Shown here: positions 9,923 through 21,320 of the stretch, in pieces | How the letters are laid out: each line of letters opens with the position of its first letter | How positions within the stretch are numbered: the first letter of the stretch is position 1 | Source of the DNA: an uncultured Actinomycetota bacterium | GTDB lineage: Bacteria; Actinomycetota; Actinomycetes; Propionibacteriales; Propionibacteriaceae | DNA: 64,000 nucleotides | NCBI GenBank assembly: GCA_963754965.1 | Contig: CAVWIA010000001.1 | Coordinates: 94,142 to 158,141, forward strand | Reading direction: 5' to 3' | Notes under the pieces: generated by a model | Told to the model about the DNA's origin: nothing | Databases searched by the model: none | Seen by the model: the letters and a program-made list of their open reading frames with translations, nothing else | Made by a program: the position numbers and the translations under genes

Positions 9923-11605
9923 CTATTGTTCAGCCAGGTAGCGATGGACCAGGGTGACGGCGAGCGCGCCCTCGCCGACGGCGGAGGCAACTCGCTTGAC
10001 TGACTGGGCCCGGACATCGCCGGCGGCGAACACGCCGGGAATGCTCGACTCCAACAAGTACGGATCGCGGTCGAGATCCCAGCCCCGCGGTCGTCTGCCG
10101 TCGACGACCAGATCCGGACCGGTGACCACGAAGCCGGCCGAGTCTCGCACCACGGCAGGCGGTAGCCAGTCGGTGAGCGGCGCGGCGCCGATGAAGACGA
10201 ACAGGTGAGCGGCCGCGACGACCTCCTGGCTGCCGTCGGAGCGGTTCACCAGAGTGACGCACTCAAGATGATCTTGGCCCGCACATGTCAGCACTGCGGT
10301 GTTGAGCCGCACGTCGATGTTCTCGATGGCCCGGATCTGGTCGATCAAGTACGTCGACATGGAACGTTCGAGCGAGTCACCGCGGACGATCATCGAGACT
10401 TTGGCCGCGTGCCGGGCGAAGAATGTGGCCGCCTGACCCGCGGAGTTTGCGCCGCCGATGATGAGCACGTGCTCGCCGGCACACGCCTGCGCCTGGATGG
10501 CCGCGGAGCCGTAGTAGACGCCTCGTCCGACCAGCTCGGCTGCGCCGCCGGCTTCCAGATGTCGGTAGCTCACGCCGCTGGCCAGGATGACGGAGTGCGC
10601 GAGCACCGACGAGCCGTCTTCGAAGCTGACCTGCCGCGCCGAACCTCGGGCCGCCAGACTGGTGACCGTGCGTGCGGTGAGCAGCTCCGCGCCAAAGCGC
10701 AGAGCCTGGCGGCGGGCACGTTCGGTCAGTTGGCCACCGGAGACGCCATCGGGGAAACCAAGGTAATTCTCGATCCGCGAACTCTCACCAGCTTGACCAC
10801 CCGGCGCGGCCCGCTCGACGATCACGGCCCGCAGTCCCTCCGACGCGGCATAGACCGCGGCGCCCAGACCCGCCGGTCCGCCGCCGACGATCACGACGTC
10901 ATAGAAGTCGATCGCGGGTTGCGTGCTGAGACCGACAGCGGTAGCCAGGTCGGAGAGGCTGGGTTGGACGAGCGCACGGCCGTCTGCGGTGATGACGATC
11001 GGGGCTGAAGCCGCGTCGGCGCCGGCAGCGGCCAGTAGTCGCTGTCCGTCCGGGTCGGCGACGTTGTGCCACCGGTAGGGCACCAGGTTGCGCGCCAGGA
11101 AATCTCGCACCTCGTAGGAGGCGGCCGACCAGGGATGCCCCAGAATCTTGATCTTGTTGTCACTCTGCTGCGCAGTGTCCTGCCAGGCCGCGATCAGCGC
11201 GTCGACGACGGGATACAGCTTCTCCTCCGGCGGCTCCCACGGCTTGAGCAGGTAGTGATCGACATCCACAACGTTGATCGCTGCGATTGCCGCATCCGTG
11301 TCGGCGTACGCGGTGAACAACGCACGGCGCGCCCGGGGCACCAGGTCCATCGCTGCCTCGAGGAAGTCGATGCCGTTCATCCGCGGCATCCGATAGTCGG
11401 CGAGGATGGCAGCGATCTGGTCGCCGCGGAGGACCACTTCTCGGATGAGATCCAGCCCATCCGAGCCGTTGTCGGCGCGCAGTATGCGGTAATCGGCCCC
11501 GTACTGCCGCCGAAGGTCGCGTGCGACCGCTCGCGACACGCTGGGGTCATCGTCCACGGTCAGCAGAATCGGACGACCCTCCCGCTCGGACACTGTGTCG
11601 GTCAT
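9923..11605 (-). CDS. REC-TrxB fusion FAD oxidoreductase, copy 2
   Basis: LTVDDD, ADYRMP, FTAYADTDAAI, KPW; GGGPAG, GGQAGESSRIENYLGFP, GVFAAGDVR. Confidence 0.9.
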   Translation of the reverse strand: MTDTVSEREGRPILLTVDDDPSVSRAVARDLRRQYGADYRILRADNGSDGLDLIREVVLRGDQIAAILADYRMPRMNGIDFLEAAMDLVPRARRALFTAYADTDAAIAAINVVDVDHYLLKPWEPPEEKLYPVVDALIAAWQDTAQQSDNKIKILGHPWSAASYEVRDFLARNLVPYRWHNVADPDGQRLLAAAGADAASAPIVITADGRALVQPSLSDLATAVGLSTQPAIDFYDVVIVGGGPAGLGAAVYAASEGLRAVIVERAAPGGQAGESSRIENYLGFPDGVSGGQLTERARRQALRFGAELLTARTVTSLAARGSARQVSFEDGSSVLAHSVILASGVSYRHLEAGGAAELVGRGVYYGSAAIQAQACAGEHVLIIGGANSAGQAATFFARHAAKVSMIVRGDSLERSMSTYLIDQIRAIENIDVRLNTAVLTCAGQDHLECVTLVNRSDGSQEVVAAAHLFVFIGAAPLTDWLPPAVVRDSAGFVVTGPDLVVDGRRPRGWDLDRDPYLLESSIPGVFAAGDVRAQSVKRVASAVGEGALAVTLVHRYLAEQ

Positions 11606-11865
11606 GTACCTACCTCATCGAAGAAGCACCAACGCCAATTCTCACCAGGCTCGGCGGATGTCGCCACCGGATGCCCGACCGCCCGTGCGTGAGTGCTCGC
11701 GTGCCTTCCCGGAGAAGAATCACAACAGGCGACATGCTGGCACTCCAGGCACCGCCGCAGGTGCACCCATTGACCGCCGCCGGCGGCGCAGTCGGCACAG
11801 ATGGGCGCGAAGTCGTCCGGCACCGGCGTGAGCGGCGTCGACTCCAGGTGTACACAGCTGCCCAC
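11602..11865 (-). CDS. UBP-type zinc finger domain protein
   Basis: CxH...CxxC...WVHLRRCLECQHVACCDSSPGRHASTH...EPGENWRWCFFD; its stop overlaps the REC-TrxB start. Confidence 0.9.
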   Translation of the reverse strand: MGSCVHLESTPLTPVPDDFAPICADCAAGGGQWVHLRRCLECQHVACCDSSPGRHASTHARAVGHPVATSAEPGENWRWCFFDEVGT

Positions 11866-11904
11866 GTCGAGTTCCTTTCGTCGGCACCATCTTGCCCCGT
11901 GGCA

Positions 11905-12177
11905 TCAAGGCGCGAGCCGCGAGATCTTTCGACGGCGCAGCCCCGCCACCTGCAGCAGCCGAACGATCTCCCGTGAGCTGACCGGCCGGGCGCCGGCGCG
12001 CAGCGCCGCGTCATATCGCTCGGCGATCACGTCGTAGTGGTCACTGTCGAAGGCGCGACGCGGCAGGCCCAGAGTCGCGGCGAACGCGTGCAGCTCCTCA
12101 TACGACCGGTCGCTGATCAAATGCGACCACAGTCGCCCGTGGCCGGCCCACATGGGTGGGTCGATGTAGACCGTCAC
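11905..12177 (-). CDS. DUF4031 domain protein
   Basis: VYIDPPMWAGHGRLWSHLISDRSYEELHAFA...FDSDHYD; GTG start overlaps the cutC stop. Confidence 0.85.
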   Translation of the reverse strand: MTVYIDPPMWAGHGRLWSHLISDRSYEELHAFAATLGLPRRAFDSDHYDVIAERYDAALRAGARPVSSREIVRLLQVAGLRRRKISRLAP

Positions 12178-12878
12178 GCCGTCGCGCGCCCGACGGCGTC
12201 GTCGATCAAGGTCCGCCAGGTACGCACCAGGTCGGCGTCCACGTAGGCCTTCCAGGAACCACGCGGTCGAGCGGTCGAGGCAAGGTGGAAGGCGCGGACC
12301 CCGGCACGCGCCAGCCAGGGAATGTGTTCGGGCGCCAGTCCCCCGCCGGCCATGATCACCGTACGCGCGAACCGGTCGGCCCGGGCGCGCTGGACAAGAT
12401 CGTCGAGGCCCTCCGAGACACCGCGCGGCGAGCCGGCTGTGAGGACCGAATCGAGACCCGGCAACGAGCGAAGAGTACGCCAGGCTCGGTCGGTGGAGAT
12501 ACACGCGTCGACTGCGCGCGAGAAGGTCCAGCCGAAGTCGCAGTCGGCAAGCAGCTCCATGATCACCGGCTCGTCGATTTCGGTATGACCGTTCAGGAAG
12601 CCGAGCACCACTCCCTCGGCGCCCGCAGCGCGATAACTGTCGATCAGTCCCTTCAGCCGACCCGCCTCACCTCCGTCGGTACTGAACCCCTCGCGCAGCC
12701 GGACAACCGGCCGGACCGGGAGCGTGGTGACCCGCCGGATTGCGGCGACTACCGCCGGCTCTGGTGACAACCCCCCGAAGTCCAGGCTGCCGCGTACCTG
12801 CAGCCGGGTCGCCCCACCGGCTTCGGCCGCCTTGGCATCAGCGGCGTGCCGGACGGCGATCTCGAGTAGCCCGCTCAA
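12174..12878 (-). CDS. cutC: Copper homeostasis protein CutC family
   Basis: LLEIAV...AEAGGATRL...GGLSPE...GVVLGFL...WTFSRAVD...VLTAGS...IMAGGGL. Confidence 0.85.
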   Translation of the reverse strand: MSGLLEIAVRHAADAKAAEAGGATRLQVRGSLDFGGLSPEPAVVAAIRRVTTLPVRPVVRLREGFSTDGGEAGRLKGLIDSYRAAGAEGVVLGFLNGHTEIDEPVIMELLADCDFGWTFSRAVDACISTDRAWRTLRSLPGLDSVLTAGSPRGVSEGLDDLVQRARADRFARTVIMAGGGLAPEHIPWLARAGVRAFHLASTARPRGSWKAYVDADLVRTWRTLIDDAVGRATA

Positions 12879-13996
12879 CCGTGAGCTCCGTGCGGGCCTG
12901 CGCGTCCGTCCACCGCGACTGCTTCCGCGTCGTGCAGCACCCTACTGATATTGCGAGAGGTCAGCCGGGCCAGATCATCGTCCGACCAGCCACGCTCGCG
13001 GAGCGCCTCAAGCAGCGTTGGATAGCGCGAGACGTCCTCCAGACCCACTGTCACGGCCGGTGTCCCGTCGAAATCGCCGCCGAGGCCGACATGGTCCACA
13101 CCGGCCACGTCACGTACGTGCTCGATGTGGGAGACCACGTCGGCCACGGTGGCCCTCGGTTGGGAACCGGGATAGCTGTCGTAGAAGGCGTCCCAAGCCT
13201 CAAGATCGCGGCGATCGATGCCAGCCGCAGCTGCGGCAACCTCCACCGCTGCGGCCCATTCCCGTACCTGCGGGTTGAGGAAGTACGGCACAAACGGGAC
13301 CATGCAGATCCCACCATTTCCGGGGAGCCGGCTAAGCACGTCATCCGGCACGTTTCGGGGGTGATCACAGAGGGCTCGGGCTGCGGAATGGGAGAAGATC
13401 ACCGGCGCGGCAGTTGCATCCATCCCCTGTCGCATGGTGTCGGGGCTGACGTGGGAGAGGTCGACCAGCATGCCAAGGCGGTTCATCTCCGTCACGACCT
13501 CACGGCCGAAGGCGGTGAGTCCCCCGGCTGACGGGGTGTCGGTGGCCGAGTCCGCCCAGGCGGTGTTCTCGTTGTGGGTGAGGGTCAGGTAGCGCACCCC
13601 GAGGCGGTAGAACGTGCGCAGCACGGCAAGTGAGTTGTCGATGCAATGCCCACCCTCGGCCCCGAGCAAGCTGCCCACCCGCGTCCGGTTCTGCAGCGTC
13701 TCGTCCAGACCGGCGGCATTGGTGACCAAGATCAACTGATCGGCGTACCTGGAAATCATGATGTGGACGGCATCGATCTGCTCCAAGGTCGCCTGCACCG
13801 CCGCCTGCCCGGCGAAGCTGCACGGCACATAGACCGACCAGAACTGGGCGCCGACCCCACCCTCTCGCATCCGGGGCAGATCGGTATGCAACTGCGGCTG
13901 GGGTTGCGCGATATCGACCCGGTCGAAGTCGTAGTCGACGCGCCGCAAGGCCCACGGCAGATCGTTGTGACCGTCGACCACCAGCTGCCTCGTCAC
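12875..13996 (-). CDS. Membrane (renal) dipeptidase, peptidase M19
   Basis: [48 protein letters not shown]. Confidence 0.93.
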   Translation of the reverse strand: MTRQLVVDGHNDLPWALRRVDYDFDRVDIAQPQPQLHTDLPRMREGGVGAQFWSVYVPCSFAGQAAVQATLEQIDAVHIMISRYADQLILVTNAAGLDETLQNRTRVGSLLGAEGGHCIDNSLAVLRTFYRLGVRYLTLTHNENTAWADSATDTPSAGGLTAFGREVVTEMNRLGMLVDLSHVSPDTMRQGMDATAAPVIFSHSAARALCDHPRNVPDDVLSRLPGNGGICMVPFVPYFLNPQVREWAAAVEVAAAAAGIDRRDLEAWDAFYDSYPGSQPRATVADVVSHIEHVRDVAGVDHVGLGGDFDGTPAVTVGLEDVSRYPTLLEALRERGWSDDDLARLTSRNISRVLHDAEAVAVDGRAGPHGAHG

Positions 13997-14035
13997 GGCG
14001 CCATCCTCCCACTAGCGGCGGCCTAAACTTGCGAC

Positions 14036-15376
14036 ATGGTGGCCGGCCCAGTCCACCCACCGGCATCGCGGTCGCTGGCCGCGCTCTGTGCGCTGATGGT
14101 GCTCCTTGCCGGTTGTACCTACTCCGAGCGGGAGCCTGGGCTGTTCCGCCCGACCATCCCTCAGACATCGGAACCGCCCCAGCCAGACCGGCTTCCGCCG
14201 CGCAAGACCAACCCTGCCCTTCCGGTCGCTGGTGAGGCGATCTGGACCACCGCGGAGGGCTTGCGGGTCACGGTCCGTTTCGCAGTACACGCGATTCGGC
14301 GCATCGAGGGCGCTACCGTCCTGGACTGGTCGGTCACTCCGTTGAGCGCACCCAGGCTGAGGACCGGTGAGCGCCTGCCCGGCCGGGTCGATCTCGGCCT
14401 GACAAGCCAGGGCGCGGGAGATGGCAACATCGTCCTCTCTGATACTGCCGGACACGTCTATCGACAGCTGACTCACGTGTCTCGGGCCGAGTTCAACCGG
14501 TGCTTGTGTTCACCGATCTGGGCCACTCAGCTTGGGCTGCGCCTGGGAGAAACGCGCATGCTGCAACTCAGCTTTCCCGAGCTTCCGCCGGACGTGAAGT
14601 TCCTCGACGTGAACCTGGCCAACGTGCCGACCTTCTGGCACGTCCCAGTCAGCCCGCTCGGCAGGGCACCGCTCGTGACCGTCTCAACCAACCTTGGGCG
14701 CCCGGCTGAGACGGTCACACCGATCGCCAAGCCTCAACCCTTTTCGTTTCCCTGGCGGAAGGGTCGGCTGCAGAACATCGAGATCCGGCGGATTGTCGCG
14801 AGCCCGACATCCACGTCGCTCGAGTGGACCATCAACTCCTACACCGACCAACCGAGCGTCAGCATGATCGCGTACGGACCCCCGGTGGCGGTCACTCCAC
14901 CCGAAGGTGTTCTCGTCATCAGCCAGGAATCGGCCAGCGGACCCCAAATTCGGGCAAGCGCCGGGCCACGGAGACCGTTGTTGAAGGCCAGATGGATGAC
15001 TGCTCGGGTCCAGGGCCGCGACTTCTACGAGTGCCTGTGCACACAGATCGGAATTTGGGCAGGCTCGCTGCGACAGTTCGGTGGAGCGGCCACGGTGACC
15101 ACCACCTTCCCGCCGCTTCCGGCGAACGCCACCAAGGCCGACGTCATCCTGCCCGGTGTGGCGACGCTGCGAGAGCTGGCGGTGTTTCGGGCTCCGGACG
15201 CGGCGCTGCGGCTGGGAGATTCGGCGAAGGTTCCCACGCGGCACTGGACGTATGACGTGAATGCACCGCCGAACGGCTGGAGCACCTGGGACTGGCCAAC
15301 CCCGACCCCGGATCCGGTTCAATTGCGGTCGTACAACAGCTTCGTCGAGGAAATCGTCCCGCTGCCTGGTGAGTAG
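14036..15376 (+). CDS. Putative lipoprotein with two CLC(S/T)-containing repeat domains
   Basis: Lipobox LLAGC after a hydrophobic stretch; duplicated motifs RCLCS/ECLCT and FPELPP..LDV/FPPLPA..ADV. Confidence 0.7.
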   Translation: MVAGPVHPPASRSLAALCALMVLLAGCTYSEREPGLFRPTIPQTSEPPQPDRLPPRKTNPALPVAGEAIWTTAEGLRVTVRFAVHAIRRIEGATVLDWSVTPLSAPRLRTGERLPGRVDLGLTSQGAGDGNIVLSDTAGHVYRQLTHVSRAEFNRCLCSPIWATQLGLRLGETRMLQLSFPELPPDVKFLDVNLANVPTFWHVPVSPLGRAPLVTVSTNLGRPAETVTPIAKPQPFSFPWRKGRLQNIEIRRIVASPTSTSLEWTINSYTDQPSVSMIAYGPPVAVTPPEGVLVISQESASGPQIRASAGPRRPLLKARWMTARVQGRDFYECLCTQIGIWAGSLRQFGGAATVTTTFPPLPANATKADVILPGVATLRELAVFRAPDAALRLGDSAKVPTRHWTYDVNAPPNGWSTWDWPTPTPDPVQLRSYNSFVEEIVPLPGE

Positions 15377-15410
15377 GGCGGGACGCTTTCTCTGACCACT
15401 CAGGCAAAGC

Positions 15411-15440
15411 GAAGGGGCGGCCCTTTAGGACCGCCCCTTC
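15411..15440 (-). terminator. Intrinsic terminator downstream of groEL (possibly bidirectional)
   Basis: Perfect 10-bp stem GAAGGGGCGG/CCGCCCCTTC between convergent genes; followed by GCTTT on the minus strand and TGTTGTT on the plus strand. Confidence 0.8.
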
Positions 15441-15457
15441 TGTTGTTCTGCGTGGAC

Positions 15458-17113
<1,656 letters not shown>

Positions 17114-17215
17114 TCAGGCGGTTCATCACCGCCGTTGAGCAAGTGAGTGTGACTCCCCCAGCGATGCCCGCGACGGACGTCCTTCGACAGGCTCAGGACT
17201 CACCGCGTGAGGAGG

Positions 17216-17242
17216 GTGGCACTCTCGGGTCGAGAGTGCTAA
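17216..17242. promoter_or_regulatory. CIRCE operator 1 (HrcA site)
   Basis: GTGGCACTC-N9-GAGTGCTAA versus consensus TTAGCACTC-N9-GAGTGCTAA, upstream of groEL. Confidence 0.92.
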
Positions 17243-17249
17243 CTCATGT

Positions 17250-17276
17250 TTAGCACTCTCACTATGCGAGTGCAAA
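17250..17276. promoter_or_regulatory. CIRCE operator 2 (HrcA site)
   Basis: TTAGCACTC-N9-GAGTGCAAA; tandem CIRCEs are typical upstream of actinobacterial groEL. Confidence 0.92.
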
Positions 17277-17366
17277 CACTTCCTCGGGCCTGGGCTGGCG
17301 CGCCTTCGGCGGGCGCGTGGTCGACTCGCTGGGAATGCCTGGCTTCGATGAGAGGTTGCCGATGGC

Positions 17367-18835
17367 GTGGCCTCTCAGACCCAACACAAAATAGCTGACC
17401 GCGCGGATGTCGGGCTGCGGTCCGAGCGAGGGCCGATTCTCCTCGCGGTGATGCTGAGTGTCGGGCTGGTCGCCATCGACTCGACCATTCTCGCCACCGC
17501 GGTCCCGTCGATCGTCAACGATCTTGGTGGCTTCAGCCAGTTCCCCTGGCTGTTCTCTATCTACCTGCTCGCGCAGGCGGTCTCGGTCCCGATCTTCGCC
17601 AAGTTCAGCGACGTGGTCGGCCGGAAACCGATCATGCTTATCGGCGTCGGTCTCTTCGTCGCCGGCTCGATTCTCTGCGGGCTGGCCTGGAGCATGCCGG
17701 CGCTGATCGCGTTCCGCGCCCTGCAAGGCCTCGGGGCGGGCTCCGTACAGCCGACCGCAATGACGATCATCGGAGACATCTACTCGGTGGCCGAGCGGGC
17801 CAGGGTGCAGGGATACGTCGCCAGTGTCTGGGCGATGTCGGCGGTGGTCGGCCCGACGCTCGGCGGCCTGTTCGTCGATTTCCTCGACTGGCGCTGGATC
17901 TTCTTCGTCAACGTGCCGCTCGGCGCAATTGCCGCCTGGACGCTGATCCGCAGGTTCCACGAGCAGGTTGAGCGCCGGTCGCACCGGATCGACTTCGCTG
18001 GAGCTACCTTGCTGGCCATCGGTACCTCGCTGGTGATCTTGGGGCTGCTCGAAGGCGGGGTGCTCTGGCGCTGGGCGTCCGCGCCGAGTATCGCGATTCT
18101 CGCGATCGGCGTTGCCGTGCTGATCATCTTTGTCGTGGTCGAGCGCCGTGCTGCGGAGCCGATCCTTCCGGCTGGGTGTTCCGCAGCCGCTTGCTCAACA
18201 CGACCAACGTGGCGGCGGTGGTGATAGGCGTCATGCTGATCGGACTGACCTCCTACGTGCCGCTTTTCGCGCAGGGCGTGCTCGGCACGAACGCGCTTGT
18301 CGCCGGCTTTGCCCTCGCTGCGCTGACTCTCGGCTGGCCGCTCGCGGCGGCGGTGGCCGGACGGATCTATTTGCGCATCGGCTTCCGTAACACCGCGCTG
18401 ATCGGTGCGGCGGTGATCCTGGTGGGCGCTGCCCTGATGGTGCTGCTGTCGACCCGGAGCTCAATCTGGCAGGTCGCCGCCACCTGCTTCGTCGTAGGGC
18501 TGGGCATGGGCCTCACCGTCAGTCCGACGCTCATCGCGGCTCAGTCGTCGGTGGACTGGCAGCAAAGAGGGGTGGTGACCGGGACCAACATGTTCGGGCG
18601 CTCGATGGGAAGCGCGCTCGGCATTGCTGTCTTTGGTGCGATCGCCAATGCGACGCTGACTTCTCGTACCGGCGGGCGTGTGTCATCCACCGCCGCCGGC
18701 ATCGCGCCGGAGGTCCTCGACCCCGCAGTGCACGGGGTTTTCATCGGCGCCGCGGTGGTGGCCGTCGTCGTGACCGTCGCCGTCGCGCTGATGCCCAAGA
18801 TCTCCGCGGGGCTTCCTGCGCGCGGATCTCGATGA
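17367..18835 (+). CDS. MFS transporter, DHA2/EmrB-like (apparent frameshift at ~18170)
   Basis: AIDSTILATAVPSI, motif A FAKFSDVVGRK, FRALQGLGAG, WRWIFFVNVP; continues in ORF 18176..18835. Confidence 0.9.
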
Positions 18836-18842
18836 GCGCGAG

Positions 18843-19671
18843 CTACTCGACGCTGACCTCGGCGTCGGCTGGCGCGAACTCACTGACCAGCGAAACCACG
18901 TCGGCGATCGACTTCTCAACACGGGTGGGCCGGTAGGGAAACCGCTCGACGTTCTCGGGCCGGGTCGAGCCGGTCAGTACCAGGATGGTTCGCAGGCCGG
19001 CTTCGATACCAGACACCACGTCGGTGTCCATCCGGTCCCCCACCATTATGGTGGTCTCGGAGTGCGCCTCGATCCGGTTCAGGGCCGAACGCATCATCAG
19101 CGGATTGGGCTTGCCTACAAAGTAGGGCGTGACACCGGTCGCGTGCCTGATCAGTGCTGCCACCGATCCGGTGGCCGGTAGGGCGCCGTCGGCGGACGGG
19201 CCGGTCGCGTCTGGGTTGGTGGCGATGAAGCGCGCACCACGGTCGATCAACCGGATGGCACGGGTGATGGCTTCGAAAGAATAGGTCCGGGTCTCGCCCA
19301 AGACCACGTAGTCAGGATCCCGCTCAGAGATCACAAACCCGACGTCGTGCAGCGCTGAGGTCGAGTCCCGCTTCTCCAATCACGAACGCTGATCCGCCCG
19401 GCCTCTGGTCGGCGAGGAACTGCGCGGTGGCCAGCGCAGAGGTCCAGATGGACTGCTCGGGCACGTCGATGCCGCTTGCCAGCAGCCGTGCTCGGAGATC
19501 GCGGGCCGTGAAGATGGAGTTGTTCGTCAACACAAGGAATGGGCGGCCGTGGCGCTGCAAAGCCTCGATGAAGTCGGCACCGCCGGGTAGGGCGTGTTCC
19601 TCGTGCACGAGCACGCCGTCCATGTCGGTCAGCCAGCAGGAGACGGGTTTGGTCTCGGTCACGATTGTCAT
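18843..19671 (-). CDS. HAD-IIA family hydrolase, NagD-like (apparent frameshift at ~19360)
   Basis: [35 protein letters not shown]. Confidence 0.9.
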
Positions 19672-19692
19672 TCTGGCGTACCCTCGGCTGCG

Positions 19693-19935
19693 ATGACATT
19701 GGCACGAATGGCCGGCGTTCTGCTGGCCGCGGGAGTGATCATGACCGGCTGCAGCGACGATTCTTCGCCGCTGGAGCAGCCGACGTCCGCTCCGCCGTCG
19801 CCCCCACGGACGGCGACTCCGTCACTCGCCCCGCTTCGCACCGTGGCTCCGGCCGGTACCGGCGGTATGACGATCCGCTACCTCGATTCCGACGGCAAGA
19901 TCAAGACTGTACGGGTCGAAGACTTCCCCGGCTGA
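19693..19935 (+). CDS. Small putative lipoprotein
   Basis: MTLARMAGVLLAAGVIMTGC lipobox, Pro-rich linker, C-terminal IRYLDSDGKIKTVRVEDFP. Confidence 0.6.
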   Translation: MTLARMAGVLLAAGVIMTGCSDDSSPLEQPTSAPPSPPRTATPSLAPLRTVAPAGTGGMTIRYLDSDGKIKTVRVEDFPG

Positions 19936-20041
19936 GCAGGTATCAGGGACGGTCCGCCGGCCTCTTCTGAAGTAACGGTCACACCCGTGAACTAGCTGCG
20001 CCTCTATGTGCGCCGGCTCGGCGTTGGCCCGAGGAGTTGCC

Positions 20042-20843
20042 ATGAGCAGTTCGTCTGCACCGCCCGTGCTGGTTTACGGCGGATCGGGCGAGCACCGTAT
20101 CCCGCTCTCCGCCGGACGCCACCTCATCGGCCGCGCTTTCAATTCCGACATCCGGCTCGACGACATCCACGTCAGCCGGGCGCACGCGGCGCTGGAGGTG
20201 CGAGACGGAGGCGTGTGGCTTGAGGATCTCGGCTCGTCGGGGGGCACGTTGGTGAACTCGGAGGAACTCACGACACCGAGGGCGATCCATAGCGGCGATC
20301 GGATCACGCTCGGCACCGTCGATCTTTGGCTGCAGGGCGGGGACGAAGACTTGGCGACGTCCACGGTGCCGGCCGCTGCCAAGCAGCTCGGCCCGCTTTG
20401 ACGTCGGCAGCCAGTCCGCCGACATGATCAACAACGTCGGACGTGACCAACACCTGTCCTACGTCCAATACATCCAACAGCAGCGCGCGTCGTTCGCTCG
20501 CGAGATCGCCGCGACTAAGACCAAGGCGCGCTGGTTCGTCTGGCTTGGGATCGTGATCGTGGTGTTGGGCGTCGCCGCGTTCGGCCGGATGGTTCTCCGA
20601 TTCATGCAGGCCATCTACGACAGCTTCCTGACTGGGCAGCCACCGGACCTGGGATCGATCTTCGGCGAGAAGATTCTCGGGCTGTCCTCCGGACTCTTCG
20701 GGTTCGCCGTCGGCGGGGCTGGCGAATTGATGATCATCATCGGCGTGATCCTCCACATCACGGCGACAGCACGTCGCCGGCGAATGGAACGAGAGCTTCC
20801 GCTGCCATCACCTTGGGCGGCTCCACAGCGAGAGCGGAGTTGA
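20042..20843 (+). CDS. FHA domain + NNVGxDQ motif + two-transmembrane protein (one gene if a +1 indel at ~20371 is corrected)
   Basis: FHA: LIGR...DIRLDDIHVSRAHA...LEDLGSSGGTLVN. The shifted frame reads PLPSSSARFDVGSQSADMINNVGRDQ straight into ORF 20424..20843, which has two hydrophobic helices. Confidence 0.75.
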
Positions 20844-20844
20844 G

Positions 20845-21228
20845 ATGAGCTTCCACATCAGTACGCAGAACGCTGGCGTGGTGAACAACGTCGGGCATGA
20901 TCAGTACATCACCGGAGGTCAGCAGGGGGTTCTGGTCGTCACGCCAGAGGTGCGACAAGCGCTTCAAGCGCTTCGTTCCGCAGTGGCCTCGGCGTCTTTG
21001 GACGGCGCCCAGAGCCAGGAGGCGACCCGAGAGCTCGACGAGATCGATGCGGCGGTAGCGTCCGCGACGCCAGGGCCAGAGCGGGTAGCCGGACCCTTGG
21101 AGAAACTCACACGCCTTCTGGTGGCGGCGGGTCCAATTGCGGCGGCCGTCGGACCGCTTCAGACTCTCGCCAGTTGGCTGGGCCAGCTGGGCTCAGGCGT
21201 GTTGCGGCTGCTGCCAGGACTCGGCTGA
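20845..21228 (+). CDS. Small helical protein with N-terminal NNVGxDQ motif
   Basis: ATG lies 1 nt after the upstream stop; MSFHISTQNAGVVNNVGHDQYITGGQQG followed by amphipathic helices and a hydrophobic C-terminus. Confidence 0.8.
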   Translation: MSFHISTQNAGVVNNVGHDQYITGGQQGVLVVTPEVRQALQALRSAVASASLDGAQSQEATRELDEIDAAVASATPGPERVAGPLEKLTRLLVAAGPIAAAVGPLQTLASWLGQLGSGVLRLLPGLG

Positions 21229-21320
21229 GCGTCACTGCTCGATCCCCAGACAGAACGGGCCGTGACCTCAGCTTCGGTTCGGCCGCAAAGTACTGCTCCT
21301 CCGGGTGCCACACTCAGCCT

